NCBI RefSeq assembly: GCF_044353605.1
Contig: NZ_JBILBO010000008.1
Location: forward strand, 3,706-67,705
Source: Arenimonas sp.
GTDB taxonomy: Bacteria > Pseudomonadota > Gammaproteobacteria > Xanthomonadales > Xanthomonadaceae
Length of the DNA: 64,000 bases
Direction: 5' to 3'
Shown here: positions 9,796 to 19,885 of the stretch, one piece after another
Layout: the number at the start of each line of letters is the position of its first letter
Position numbering within the stretch: the stretch's first letter is position 1
Position numbers and translations under genes: made by a program
The notes under the pieces: generated by a model
Told to the model about the DNA's origin: nothing
Databases searched by the model: none
The model's input: the letters and a program-made list of their open reading frames with translations, nothing else

Positions 9796-11565
9796 ATGTC
9801 CTCCCTCGATCCAAGCCGTCGTCGTTTTGTACAGGGTATTGCCGCCGGCGGAATGATGGCCGGTTTCGGCGCCTGGCCAGTGTCGGCGCGCGCAGGGCAA
9901 GGCGCTCCAATACTGCGCAGCAGAGATCTGCATCTGCGCATCGGCGAGATGCCGGTCAATTTCACCGGAAAATCCCGAACGGCAGTGGTCGTCAACGACA
10001 GCCTGCCGGCCCCCGAAATACGCTGGCGTGAAGGCGATACGGTAACCGTGCGCGTCGACAATCTGTTGCCGCGCGGGTCCCTGTTCGGCCACACCACGTC
10101 GATTCACTGGCATGGCATTTTGCTGCCGGCCAATATGGACGGCGTGCCGGGAATGAGTTTCGATGGCATTCATCGTGGTGAGTCGTGGCTTTACCGTTTC
10201 CAGCTCAAACAATCCGGTACCTACTGGTATCACAGCCACTCCGGGTTCCAGGAGCAGGCCGGTCTCTATGGCGCATTGATTGTCGAACCGCTTGAACCCG
10301 AACCGTTCCGCTATGACCGCGACTATACCGTGCTGCTCAGCGACTGGACCGACCTGTCGCCTGCGGACCTTTTCAAGCGTCTCAAGCAGATGTCAAGTTA
10401 CGACAATTACGGCAAGCGCACCGTTTCGGACTTCCTGCGCGATACCGAGAAGCAAGGGCTTGCCGGAACTTTGGATGATCGCGGCGCTTGGGGCCGCATG
10501 CGGATGACCCCGACCGACCTCTCCGACGTCAATGCCAACACCTATACCTATCTGATGAACGGAACCACCGGCTTGGGCAACTGGACCGGTTTGTTCAAGC
10601 CGGGGGAGAAAGTGCGCCTGCGTTTCATCAACGGCTCGGCGATGACCTATTTCGACGTCCGCATTCCGGGCCTGAAAATGACCGTGGTCGCCGCCGATGG
10701 GCAGAATGTACATCCGGTCACGGTCGATGAGTTCCGTATCGCGGTGGCTGAAACCTTCGATGTCATCGTCGAACCATCCGGGCAGGACGCATTTACGGTT
10801 TTCGCGCAGGACATGGGGCGGACCGGCTTCGTCAGCGGCACTTTGGCGGTGAGGGAGGGGCTGCGTGCGCCGGTTCCGGCAACGGACCCCCGGGTGATTC
10901 TCACTATGGAGGATATGGGGCATGGGGGAATGGACCATGGCGCTCACGGCGCAGCACCCAAGGCCGCTTCCCATGAAGGTATGGATCACAGCGGTCATGA
11001 CATGGCGTCCATGGCCGAAATGGATCATGGCGGTCAGACCATGCAGCGCCATCCGGACAGCGAGGCCGGCAACCCGCTGGTCGACATGCAGACTATGGCG
11101 CCGGTGCCGAAACTGGATGATCCGGGCATCGGCCTGCGCGACAACGGCCGGCGGGTGCTTGCCTACGCCGACCTGAAGAGCAGTTTCGAAGATCCTGACG
11201 GGCGATGGCCGAAGCGCGAAATTGAACTGCACCTGACCGGGCATATGGAAAAATTCGCCTGGTCGTTCGATGGCATACCCTTTGCCGGGGCCGAGCCGCT
11301 GAAGCTGAATTACGGCGAGCGCGTCCGTATCGTGCTTGTCAATGACACCATGATGACCCACCCGATTCACCTGCATGGACTCTGGAGCGATCTGGAGGAC
11401 GACAAGGGCGGCTTCATGGTGCGCAAGCACACCATCGACATGCCGCCCGGCAGCAAGCGCAGCTATCGGGTGCGTGCCGATGCCCTGGGCCGCTGGGCCT
11501 ATCACTGCCACCTGCTGTATCACATGGAGTCGGGCATGATGCGCGAAGTGCGGGTGGTCGAATGA
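9796..11565 (+). CDS. copA: Copper resistance multicopper oxidase (Tat-exported)
   Basis: SRRRFV Tat motif, HWHG, WYHSH, HPIHLHG, HCHLLYHM, Met/His-rich insert. Confidence 0.95.
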   Translation: MSSLDPSRRRFVQGIAAGGMMAGFGAWPVSARAGQGAPILRSRDLHLRIGEMPVNFTGKSRTAVVVNDSLPAPEIRWREGDTVTVRVDNLLPRGSLFGHTTSIHWHGILLPANMDGVPGMSFDGIHRGESWLYRFQLKQSGTYWYHSHSGFQEQAGLYGALIVEPLEPEPFRYDRDYTVLLSDWTDLSPADLFKRLKQMSSYDNYGKRTVSDFLRDTEKQGLAGTLDDRGAWGRMRMTPTDLSDVNANTYTYLMNGTTGLGNWTGLFKPGEKVRLRFINGSAMTYFDVRIPGLKMTVVAADGQNVHPVTVDEFRIAVAETFDVIVEPSGQDAFTVFAQDMGRTGFVSGTLAVREGLRAPVPATDPRVILTMEDMGHGGMDHGAHGAAPKAASHEGMDHSGHDMASMAEMDHGGQTMQRHPDSEAGNPLVDMQTMAPVPKLDDPGIGLRDNGRRVLAYADLKSSFEDPDGRWPKREIELHLTGHMEKFAWSFDGIPFAGAEPLKLNYGERVRIVLVNDTMMTHPIHLHGLWSDLEDDKGGFMVRKHTIDMPPGSKRSYRVRADALGRWAYHCHLLYHMESGMMREVRVVE

Positions 11566-12374
11566 TGCGCTTCGCGCTGATTTTCTCCCTTATCCTCGCA
11601 TTGCCGGCTATGGCGCAGGAGGCCACGGAATCCGAACCGGATGATTTCTGGAACATGGATACGCCGAAAACACCGATTCCGCCCGTGACCGACGCCGACC
11701 GTGCCGCCGCATTTCTGAAGTTGGCTCATGATCATGCGCATACCCCGGAATGGCAAAGCAAAGTGCTGATGGAAAAGCTTGAACTCTGGGATGCCGAGCA
11801 TGGCACCGGTATGGCGTGGGAAGGCAAGGCATGGATCGGATCCGACATCAACCGGCTCTGGCTGCGCAGTTCCGGAGAGCGGGTGGCCGGCGAGACCGAG
11901 TCTGCTGATTTAGAGTTGCTCTACGGACGCGCGGTTTCGCCCTGGTGGGATGCGGTCGTAGGACTGCGTCACGATGAAAATCCCGGGAGCTCCCAGGACT
12001 TTTTGGCCTTCGGATTGATCGGGCTGGCTCCCTATAAATTTGAAATCGAGGCGAGCGCCTATCTTGGCCAGAACGGACAGTACGGTCTGCGACTCGGTGC
12101 GGAGTACGAGACACTCCTGAGCGGACGCTGGATACTGCAGCCGGTGCTTGAAGCCGAGCTGTACGGAAAATCCGATCCGCAGCGCGGATTGGGAGAGGGT
12201 CTGAATACGCTCGAAGCCGGCCTGCGTCTGCGTTATGAATTCAACCGGAAGTTCGCGCCTTACATCGGATGGAGCCATGTCCGTTATTTCGGAGAAAGCG
12301 CTGATTGGCAACGTTTGGAGGGCGGGCCGGGGCATGAAAACCAGCTCGTTCTGGGCCTCAGGGCCTGGTTTTAA
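11562..12374 (+). CDS. copB: Copper resistance outer-membrane protein B
   Basis: Signal peptide, GLAPYKFE, GLRLRYE, C-terminal GLRAWF; overlaps the copA stop. Confidence 0.93.
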   Translation: MMRFALIFSLILALPAMAQEATESEPDDFWNMDTPKTPIPPVTDADRAAAFLKLAHDHAHTPEWQSKVLMEKLELWDAEHGTGMAWEGKAWIGSDINRLWLRSSGERVAGETESADLELLYGRAVSPWWDAVVGLRHDENPGSSQDFLAFGLIGLAPYKFEIEASAYLGQNGQYGLRLGAEYETLLSGRWILQPVLEAELYGKSDPQRGLGEGLNTLEAGLRLRYEFNRKFAPYIGWSHVRYFGESADWQRLEGGPGHENQLVLGLRAWF

Positions 12375-12429
12375 GGGCGGAATGAGGGTTTCGCGGACTT
12401 AACCTCCGATGACTTGACGGAATTTTCGG

Positions 12430-12458
12430 TTGACGGCAAAGCTGATTTCATTCATAAT
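12430..12458 (+). promoter_or_regulatory. sigma70 promoter of the tRNA cluster
   Basis: TTGACG-N17-CATAAT upstream of tRNA-Arg. Confidence 0.7.
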
Positions 12459-12471
12459 TTCATCCCTCAGC

Positions 12472-12548
12472 GCGCCCGTAGCTCAGCTGGATAGAGCAAC
12501 AGGCTACGAACTTGTAGGTCGGGAGTTCGAATCTCTCCGGGCGCGCCA
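12472..12548 (+). tRNA. tRNA-Arg(ACG)
   Basis: Cloverleaf, anticodon ACG, CCA end. Confidence 0.96.
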
Positions 12549-12565
12549 TTTTTTCAACAGCCCGT

Positions 12566-12642
<77 letters not shown>

Positions 12643-12699
12643 ATCTGATGCACGAAAAGGCTTCCCTGAAACCGTATCGTGGTGCAGAATCCCCTTTGA

Positions 12700-12776
12700 G
12701 CGCCTGTAGCTCAACTGGATAGAGCAACGGACTTCTACTCCGTTGGTTGGGGGTTCGAGTCCCTCCGGGCGCGCCA
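12700..12776 (+). tRNA. tRNA-Arg(TCT)
   Basis: Cloverleaf, anticodon TCT, CCA end. Confidence 0.96.
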
Positions 12777-12787
12777 GTTTCTCCAGT

Positions 12788-12865
12788 GGTGGATGTAGCT
12801 CAGTTGGTTAGAGCATCGGATTGTGATTCCGAGGGTCGCGGGTTCAAATCCCGTCTTCCACCCCA
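12788..12865 (+). tRNA. tRNA-His(GTG)
   Basis: G-1, anticodon GTG, C discriminator, CCA end. Confidence 0.96.
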
Positions 12866-12990
12866 GTTCAAATTACGGCATAATAGCGACAGTCCGTTGT
12901 TGTAACGAAACGGCGCTGGTCTGCGCTTTGCGAGTCCCGTTTACCAAGGGCTTCGCCACGTCCGGCGTCCGAATCATCTGCTCGGTCCAT

Positions 12991-13075
12991 GCGAAAGTGG
13001 CGGAATTGGTAGACGCCCTGGATTTAGGTTCCAGTGGGGCAACCCGTGAGAGTTCGAGTCTCTCCTTTCGCACCA
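12991..13075 (+). tRNA. tRNA-Leu(TAG)
   Basis: Long variable arm, anticodon TAG, CCA end. Confidence 0.96.
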
Positions 13076-13163
13076 TCTGCATGGAAGGGTGCTTCAGTCG
13101 TCAAGCCCGCTTTCCGCGGGTTTTTTCATTTTTTAGCTGCGCAAAGCGCATGTAGGAGTTGTA

Positions 13164-14462
13164 ATGCAAATTTCAGTCGAAAACACCAGCACGCTCGAAC
13201 GCCGCATGACGGTTTCCATTCCTGCCGACCGCCTGTCCTCGGTGATTGACGGTCGTCTGCGCGATATGGCGAGCAAGGCCAACCTGAAGGGATTCCGCAA
13301 GGGCAAAGTGCCGACCAAGGTCATCGAGCAGCGTTTCGGTCCGCAGGTCCGCTCGGAAGCTTTCGGTGAGCTGATCCGTGCCAGTTTTGATCAGGCTGTG
13401 CGTCAGGAAAACGTCCGCATCGCCGGTCAGCCGAGCATCGAGGCCGAGCCGACCGAAGCTGAAAATGAAATCCGCTACACCGCAACTTTTGAAATTGTCC
13501 CGGATTTCGGCACCATCGACGTCACACAGCTGCAGATCAATCGCGTGCAGGCAAAAGTCGCTGATGCCGATATCGATCATATGATCGACACCCTGCGCCA
13601 GCAGCGTCGGACCTGGGAGCCGGTCAGCCGTGTCGCACAGGTAGGCGACTTGGTTGCCGTCGAAACCTTTGCCAGCACCGCTTCGGCACGCGTGCCTGAA
13701 GAGGGTACCGAGAAGGGCGCTACAGTATTGGGTTCGGGCGTCATGTTCCCGGAGCTGGAAGCGCAGCTGTCAGGCATGAATGCGGGTGATGAGCGTTCCG
13801 TGGAAATCACTTTCCCGGCCGATTGGCGTGTCCCGGCGCTTGCCGGTCAAGCCGCCAAAGTGACCATCAAGGCCACCCAAGTTTCCGAGCCGCGTATTCC
13901 GGAAGCCGATGAAGCCTTCGTCAAGAGCTTCGGCGTCAAGAATGGCAAGCTTGAGGTGTTCCGCAACGAAGTGCGCGCCAACCTTGAGCGTGAACTCAAA
14001 GGCATGCTGATGAGCCGTCTGCGTGCGGAAGTCGCCCAGAAGCTGGTCGCTGCCTACAGCCATGTCGAACTGCCGGCCAAGATGATTGAGCAGGAGGCCC
14101 GTAAACTGGCCGCCAATGCCCAGGAGCAGGCCCGCCAGCAAGGGCAGGCCGACGCGGTTTATCCGTTCGATCAGTTCATGGTGCCGGCACGTAACCGTAC
14201 TGCCGCCGGTCTTCTGGTCGGTGAAATCGCCCGCCAGAACGGACTGCAACTCGACTTCAACCGCGTCAAGGAAACCCTGTCGCTCATTGCCTCGACCTAC
14301 GAAGAACCGAAACAGGTCATTGAATTGTACAGAAACGACCCCAACTTAATGTCAGGGCTGCAGAACCGCGTGATGGAAGAGCAGGTCATCGATTGGGTCG
14401 CCGAGCGCGCACAGTCGACCGACCAGGAACTTTCCTTTACTGAAGCGATGCGTCCGGTTTAA
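13164..14462 (+). CDS. tig: Trigger factor
   Basis: GFRKGKVP ribosome-binding motif, FKBP-like middle domain; upstream of clpP. Confidence 0.97.
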   Translation: MQISVENTSTLERRMTVSIPADRLSSVIDGRLRDMASKANLKGFRKGKVPTKVIEQRFGPQVRSEAFGELIRASFDQAVRQENVRIAGQPSIEAEPTEAENEIRYTATFEIVPDFGTIDVTQLQINRVQAKVADADIDHMIDTLRQQRRTWEPVSRVAQVGDLVAVETFASTASARVPEEGTEKGATVLGSGVMFPELEAQLSGMNAGDERSVEITFPADWRVPALAGQAAKVTIKATQVSEPRIPEADEAFVKSFGVKNGKLEVFRNEVRANLERELKGMLMSRLRAEVAQKLVAAYSHVELPAKMIEQEARKLAANAQEQARQQGQADAVYPFDQFMVPARNRTAAGLLVGEIARQNGLQLDFNRVKETLSLIASTYEEPKQVIELYRNDPNLMSGLQNRVMEEQVIDWVAERAQSTDQELSFTEAMRPV

Positions 14463-14498
14463 TCTACCCTGACCACTGCGCATTCGAAGGAGACTGCC

Positions 14499-15122
14499 AT
14501 GGCCGTAACCGAAGGACTCAACCTGATCCCCATGGTGGTCGAACAGACCCCGCGCGGTGAACGCTCATTCGATATCTATTCGCGCCTGTTGAAGGAGCGT
14601 GTCATTTTCCTGGTCGGCCCGATTGACGATTACGTGGCCAATGTCGTTGTCGCGCAGCTGCTGTTTTTGGAAGCTGACAACCCGGAAAAGGACATCAGCC
14701 TGTACATCAACTCGCCCGGCGGCGTGGTTACCGCGGGCCTGGCGATTTACGACACCATGCGCTTCATCAAGCCGGACGTCTCTACCATCTGCGTCGGTCA
14801 GGCCTGCTCCATGGGGTCATTCCTGCTTGCTGCCGGAACCAAAGGCAAACGCTACATCCTGCCGAACTCCCGCGTGATGATTCATCAGCCCTCGGGTGGT
14901 ACCCAGGGACAGGCCAGCGACATCGCCATTCAAGCCAAGGAAATCCTGTATCTGCGCGCCCGTCTGAATGCTGAATTGGCCGAAAACACCGGACAACCCA
15001 TTGAAAAAATTGAGCTTGATGTCGAGCGCGATTACTTCATGGCCGCCGCAGAAGCCAAGGCCTACGGTGTGGTCGATTCCGTTATCGATCGGCGTCCTGC
15101 AGACAGCATCCAGCCGTCTTAA
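14499..15122 (+). CDS. clpP: ClpP protease subunit
   Basis: [27 protein letters not shown]. Confidence 0.99.
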   Translation: MAVTEGLNLIPMVVEQTPRGERSFDIYSRLLKERVIFLVGPIDDYVANVVVAQLLFLEADNPEKDISLYINSPGGVVTAGLAIYDTMRFIKPDVSTICVGQACSMGSFLLAAGTKGKRYILPNSRVMIHQPSGGTQGQASDIAIQAKEILYLRARLNAELAENTGQPIEKIELDVERDYFMAAAEAKAYGVVDSVIDRRPADSIQPS

Positions 15123-15199
15123 TCCCCATTCCCAGGTGCTTTCACCCTGAGCCGCTTGTGCTATGCTCAGAGTGAGTGTCCTTTGCCGAAATCCAGACT

Positions 15200-16483
15200 A
15201 TGACAGACGACCGTAAAACCCGCTCCGGTGACACGACTAAGATCCTGTACTGCTCGTTCTGCGGCAAGAGCCAGCATGAAGTCACCAAGCTGATTGCCGG
15301 CCCCAGCGTGTTCATCTGCGATGAATGCGTGGCGCTCTGCAATGACATCATCCGCGAAGAACTCCAGGAAAAAGCCGGTTCGGCCCGCAGCCATCTGCCG
15401 AAACCCAAGGAAATCCTCGAGGTGCTCGATCAGTACGTGATCGGCCAGCCGCGCGCCAAAAAAACCCTCTCGGTAGCGGTTTACAACCATTACAAACGCA
15501 TTGAATCCCGTGCCAAGAACGATGACATCGAGCTATCCAAATCCAATATCCTGCTGATCGGGCCGACCGGATCCGGCAAGACCCTGTTGGCTGAAACGCT
15601 GGCTCGGCTGCTCAATGTGCCGTTCACCATCGCCGATGCCACCACACTGACTGAAGCCGGTTATGTCGGTGAGGATGTCGAGAACATCATCCAGAAGTTG
15701 CTGCAGAAATGCGACTATGATGTCGAAAAAGCACAGTCCGGCATCGTTTATATCGATGAAATCGATAAGATTTCCCGCAAGTCGGAGAATACCTCGATCA
15801 CCCGTGACGTTTCCGGCGAAGGTGTTCAACAGGCCTTGTTGAAGTTGATCGAGGGCACTGTAGCCTCGGTGCCGCCTCAAGGCGGCCGCAAACATCCACA
15901 GCAGGAATTTCTGCAGGTCGACACCAAGAACATGCTGTTCATCTGCGGCGGTGCATTCGCCGGTCTCGATAAGATCATCCAGCAACGCAGCACCGAATCC
16001 GGCGGTATAGGCTTCGGGGCCAAGGTCAAGTCGTCCGAGCGCAAGATGGATCTGTCCAAGCTCCTGCACGATGTCGAACCGGAAGATCTCATCAAGTTCG
16101 GACTGATTCCCGAGTTCGTCGGTCGTCTCCCGGTGGTGGCCACGCTCGAAGAGCTGGATGAGGCCGCATTGGTCAAAATCCTGACCGAGCCCAAAAATGC
16201 CATCAGTAAACAGTTCAAGAAGCTGTTCGAAATGGAGGGTGTCGAGCTCGAAATCCGTCCAGATGCCTATGCCGCGGTGGCCCAAAAGGCGATGAAACGC
16301 AAAACCGGCGCCCGTGGTCTGCGCACGATTCTTGAATCTGTCCTGCTCGATACCATGTACGAGCTCCCGTCGCTGGAAAATGTCAGCAAAGTCGTGGTTG
16401 ATGAATCGGTAATCAATCATCAGGCAGAGCCATACCTGATCTACTCCAACAGCAGCGCCCCCAAAGCCGCATCCGGCGAATAA
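15200..16483 (+). CDS. clpX: ClpX ATPase
   Basis: CSFCGK zinc finger, [17 protein letters not shown]. Start reassigned to MTDDRK. Confidence 0.99.
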   Translation: MTDDRKTRSGDTTKILYCSFCGKSQHEVTKLIAGPSVFICDECVALCNDIIREELQEKAGSARSHLPKPKEILEVLDQYVIGQPRAKKTLSVAVYNHYKRIESRAKNDDIELSKSNILLIGPTGSGKTLLAETLARLLNVPFTIADATTLTEAGYVGEDVENIIQKLLQKCDYDVEKAQSGIVYIDEIDKISRKSENTSITRDVSGEGVQQALLKLIEGTVASVPPQGGRKHPQQEFLQVDTKNMLFICGGAFAGLDKIIQQRSTESGGIGFGAKVKSSERKMDLSKLLHDVEPEDLIKFGLIPEFVGRLPVVATLEELDEAALVKILTEPKNAISKQFKKLFEMEGVELEIRPDAYAAVAQKAMKRKTGARGLRTILESVLLDTMYELPSLENVSKVVVDESVINHQAEPYLIYSNSSAPKAASGE

Positions 16484-16505
16484 TCGCTTGATCGGGGTGT
16501 GACCT

Positions 16506-16533
16506 AACGGAGCCGAGCGGCTCCGTTTTTTTT
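16506..16533 (+). terminator. Rho-independent terminator after clpX
   Basis: AACGGAGCC-GAGC-GGCTCCGTT followed by a T run. Confidence 0.8.
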
Positions 16534-16544
16534 ACATAAAGGCA

Positions 16545-16571
16545 CTTGCAAGACGCCCGGAAAAGCCCCAT
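16545..16571 (+). promoter_or_regulatory. sigma32-type heat-shock promoter of lon
   Basis: CTTGCAA-N14-CCCCAT matches the RpoH consensus CTTGAAA-N13/14-CCCCAT. Confidence 0.7.
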
Positions 16572-16609
16572 AAAGGAAGCATGGCGGGCATTCCCGCGTT
16601 GGAGCTTTT

Positions 16610-19072
16610 ATGGATAAAAAACCGTCAAACGATTTCTTTTTGCCCGTGCTGCCTTTGCGCGACGTAGTGGTGTATCCCAACATGGTGATTCCGCTGTTCG
16701 TCGGACGGGAACGTTCGATGAAAGCGCTCGATCTGGCGATGGAAGGGGCCGATAAGCAGATTGTATTGTTGGCTCAACGCAGTCCAGATATCGATGATCC
16801 ACACTCCGAAGATTTATATGACATCGGCACCGTGGCGACGGTCATCCAGCTGTTGAAACTGCCTGACGGCACCATCAAAGTGTTGGTCGAAGGCCTGCAG
16901 CGTGTCCAAGCAACCGAAGTCGCCCTGCATGACGACACCCTGATGGCCAAAGCCGCCATGCTGGACAGTACGCCGGTGAAGGATGCGCGCGAGGCCGATG
17001 TCGCGCAGCGTACTCTTCTGAATCTTTTCGAGCAGTACGTGAAGACCAACCGCAAGCTGCCGCCGGAGTTGCTCGCGACATTGGCCGGAATCGATGATCC
17101 CGGCCGCTTTGCCGATACGGTTGCCGCGCATCTGAGCGTGCGCCTGGCTGACAAGCAACGTCTGCTCGAAACCGTATCCCCCGAGATGCGCCTTGAATTA
17201 CTGATTGGTCTCGTTGAAGGTGAAATCGATGTCCAGCACATCGAAAAGCGCATCCGCTCGCGAGTGAAAACGCAGATGGAAAAAAGCCAGCGCGAGTATT
17301 ACCTCAATGAGCAGATGAAAGCCATCCAGAAGGAACTCGGTGATTCTGAAGATGCGCCCAATGAACTCGAAGAACTCGCTCGTAAAATCGCCGAAGCGAA
17401 AATGCCTAAAGCGGTAGAGACCAAAGCCAAAAACGAGCTCAACAAACTGAAACAGATGTCGCCGATGTCCGCGGAGGCTTCCGTGGTCCGAAATTATCTG
17501 GAGTGGTTGGTCGGCGTGCCTTGGGAAAAGCGTACCAAGGTCCGCAAAGACCTCAAGCTCGCCCAGCAGGTGCTCGATGAAGATCACTACGGGCTGGAAA
17601 AGGTGAAAGACCGGATATTGGAATACCTCGCCGTACAGGCGCGCGTGCAGAAGATGAAAGGTCCGATTCTGTGCCTGGTCGGGCCGCCGGGCGTCGGAAA
17701 GACATCGCTCGGCCAGAGCATCGCCAAAGCCACAAACCGGAAATTCGTGCGCATGGCGCTTGGCGGCGTGCGTGACGAAGCGGAAATCCGGGGGCACCGC
17801 CGGACCTATATCGGCTCGATGCCCGGCCGCATCGTGCAGAACCTCAATAAGGTTGAAAGCAGAAATCCGCTGTTCGTTCTCGATGAAATCGACAAAATGA
17901 GCAATGATTTCCGCGGCGATCCGGCGGCAGCATTGTTGGAGGTGCTCGATCCGGAACAGAACCATAATTTCAATGACCATTATCTGGAAGTTGATCTGGA
18001 TCTGTCCGAGGTCATGTTCATCTGCACTTCGAATTCGATGAATATCCCCGGGCCGTTGCTTGACCGGATGGAAGTCATCCGAATCCCGGGCTATACCGAA
18101 GAGGAGAAGCTGAACATCGCGGTGCGATATCTGCTTCCGAAGCAATTGAAGGCCAGTGGCCTCAAAGACGGTGAGCTGCGCGTCGATTCCGAAGCGGTTC
18201 GGGACATCGTTCGGTATTACACCCGTGAATCCGGTGTGCGTTCGCTTGAACGCGAACTGGCGAAAATCTGCCGAAAGGTGGTCAAGGAAATCGCGTTGGC
18301 AGGCCCGTCGAAGAAAGCGAAAGCCGCAGGCAAGGTGAAATCCTCGAAGTCACAGGCGCTGAAAAAAGTCGGCTCAGCCAATCTCGACCGCTATCTCGGT
18401 GTCCGCCGCTTCGATTTCGGCCGTGCCGAAGAGCAAAGCGAAATCGGTCTGGTCACCGGTCTGGCATGGACCGAAGTCGGCGGCGAACTGCTGCAGATCG
18501 AGGCGACCCTCATGCCCGGAAAGGGACAGCTGATTTTGACTGGACAACTCGGCGACGTCATGCAGGAGTCGGTAAAAGCCGCTTATACCGTGGTGCGTTC
18601 TCGCAGCCTCCAGCTTGGTCTGGATATCGATTTCCACAATAAATTCGATACCCATGTGCATGTGCCTGAAGGCGCAACGCCCAAGGACGGTCCGAGCGCC
18701 GGTGTTGCTATGGTTACAGCATTGGTTTCGGCCCTCTCGAAAGTACCTGTCCGCGCCGATGTCGCCATGACCGGCGAGATCACCCTGCGTGGCCGTGTAC
18801 TGCCGATCGGCGGATTGAAGGAAAAGCTTCTTGCCGCATTGCGTGGCGGGATCCGTACGGTTTTGATTCCTGAAGAGAACCGCAAGGATCTTGCCGATAT
18901 TCCCGATAACGTCACCCGTGACCTGGAAATCATCCCGGTGAAATGGATCGATCAGGTGCTGGATATCGCATTGGTCAAGCCGATTTTGGAACCGAAGAAA
19001 TCCCCGTCTGTCAAGAAAAAAGTCGCCAAAACGCGTTCAAAACAAACACATTCCGGCGTGCGCCCTCACTAA
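16610..19072 (+). CDS. lon: Lon protease
   Basis: [32 protein letters not shown]. Confidence 0.99.
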   Translation: MDKKPSNDFFLPVLPLRDVVVYPNMVIPLFVGRERSMKALDLAMEGADKQIVLLAQRSPDIDDPHSEDLYDIGTVATVIQLLKLPDGTIKVLVEGLQRVQATEVALHDDTLMAKAAMLDSTPVKDAREADVAQRTLLNLFEQYVKTNRKLPPELLATLAGIDDPGRFADTVAAHLSVRLADKQRLLETVSPEMRLELLIGLVEGEIDVQHIEKRIRSRVKTQMEKSQREYYLNEQMKAIQKELGDSEDAPNELEELARKIAEAKMPKAVETKAKNELNKLKQMSPMSAEASVVRNYLEWLVGVPWEKRTKVRKDLKLAQQVLDEDHYGLEKVKDRILEYLAVQARVQKMKGPILCLVGPPGVGKTSLGQSIAKATNRKFVRMALGGVRDEAEIRGHRRTYIGSMPGRIVQNLNKVESRNPLFVLDEIDKMSNDFRGDPAAALLEVLDPEQNHNFNDHYLEVDLDLSEVMFICTSNSMNIPGPLLDRMEVIRIPGYTEEEKLNIAVRYLLPKQLKASGLKDGELRVDSEAVRDIVRYYTRESGVRSLERELAKICRKVVKEIALAGPSKKAKAAGKVKSSKSQALKKVGSANLDRYLGVRRFDFGRAEEQSEIGLVTGLAWTEVGGELLQIEATLMPGKGQLILTGQLGDVMQESVKAAYTVVRSRSLQLGLDIDFHNKFDTHVHVPEGATPKDGPSAGVAMVTALVSALSKVPVRADVAMTGEITLRGRVLPIGGLKEKLLAALRGGIRTVLIPEENRKDLADIPDNVTRDLEIIPVKWIDQVLDIALVKPILEPKKSPSVKKKVAKTRSKQTHSGVRPH

Positions 19073-19266
19073 GTCGCATAAAACCCTGCGAAGCCTGCAA
19101 ATAAAGGCTTGCAGGGTATTGCGCATCGCAAGATTCACTGGTATAAATTATTGCAACCGGGCTCTGAACCTTTATTTCAGGCTTCGGCGATATGGTTAAG
19201 TTGCGGGACGACCTAAACTTAATTTCTACATTTTCGCGAAATAATCGCATTGGGAGATTTATCAAA

Positions 19267-19542
19267 ATGAATAAAGCTGAATTCGTTGGTGCCGTAGCCG
19301 AAAAGGCCGACCTGTCCAAAGCCGCCGCCGCCGGCGCCGTTGATGCCGTCATCGAAGTGATCACCAAAGCCCTGAAAAAAGGCGACACCGTGACCCTCGT
19401 TGGTTTCGGTACGTTCTCGGTGCGCAAACGCGCTGCCCGTCAAGGCCGTAACCCGCAGACCGGTGCCACCATCAAGATCAAGGCCTCGAAAAACCCGGGC
19501 TTCAAAGCCGGTAAAGCACTGAAAGACGCCGTCAACAAGTAA
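19267..19542 (+). CDS. hupB: DNA-binding protein HU
   Basis: MNKAEF, GFGTF, GRNPQTG; follows lon. Confidence 0.95.
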   Translation: MNKAEFVGAVAEKADLSKAAAAGAVDAVIEVITKALKKGDTVTLVGFGTFSVRKRAARQGRNPQTGATIKIKASKNPGFKAGKALKDAVNK

Positions 19543-19613
19543 TCTGGCGTTATTTCCGCCGATTTCTGTTGTCTTCCGGCGGTTAAATGGTGTATGCTAC
19601 GCATCCTGCTTGA

Positions 19614-19688
19614 GGGTGCTTAGCTCAGCGGTAGAGCGTCTCCCTTACACGGAGAGGGTCGGGGGTTCGAAACCCTCAGCACCCACCA
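19614..19688 (+). tRNA. tRNA-Val(TAC)
   Basis: Cloverleaf, anticodon TAC, CCA end. Confidence 0.96.
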
Positions 19689-19708
19689 GCGCTTCAAGCA
19701 AATGAACT

Positions 19709-19785
19709 GGAGTGGTAGTTCAGTCGGTTAGAATATCGGCCTGTCACGCCGAGGGTCGCGGGTTCGAGTCCCGTCCACTCCGCCA
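19709..19785 (+). tRNA. tRNA-Asp(GTC)
   Basis: Cloverleaf, anticodon GTC, CCA end. Confidence 0.96.
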
Positions 19786-19791
19786 CTGTTG

Positions 19792-19820
19792 AAAAGGCAC
19801 CTTCGGGTGCCTTTTCTTTT
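19792..19820 (+). terminator. Rho-independent terminator
   Basis: AAAAGGCACC-TTCG-GGTGCCTTTT. Confidence 0.85.
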
Positions 19821-19885
19821 TCGTGCGTTCCGGTGCCAAAAGCTTCATAATAGTGGCCTTGCCCAATCCGGTTCCGCGCCCCGCC

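Noticed and set aside
10900-11050. Repeated MDH/HGG Met-His stretch in CopA
   Set aside because: Standard metal-binding linker of CopA-type oxidases.
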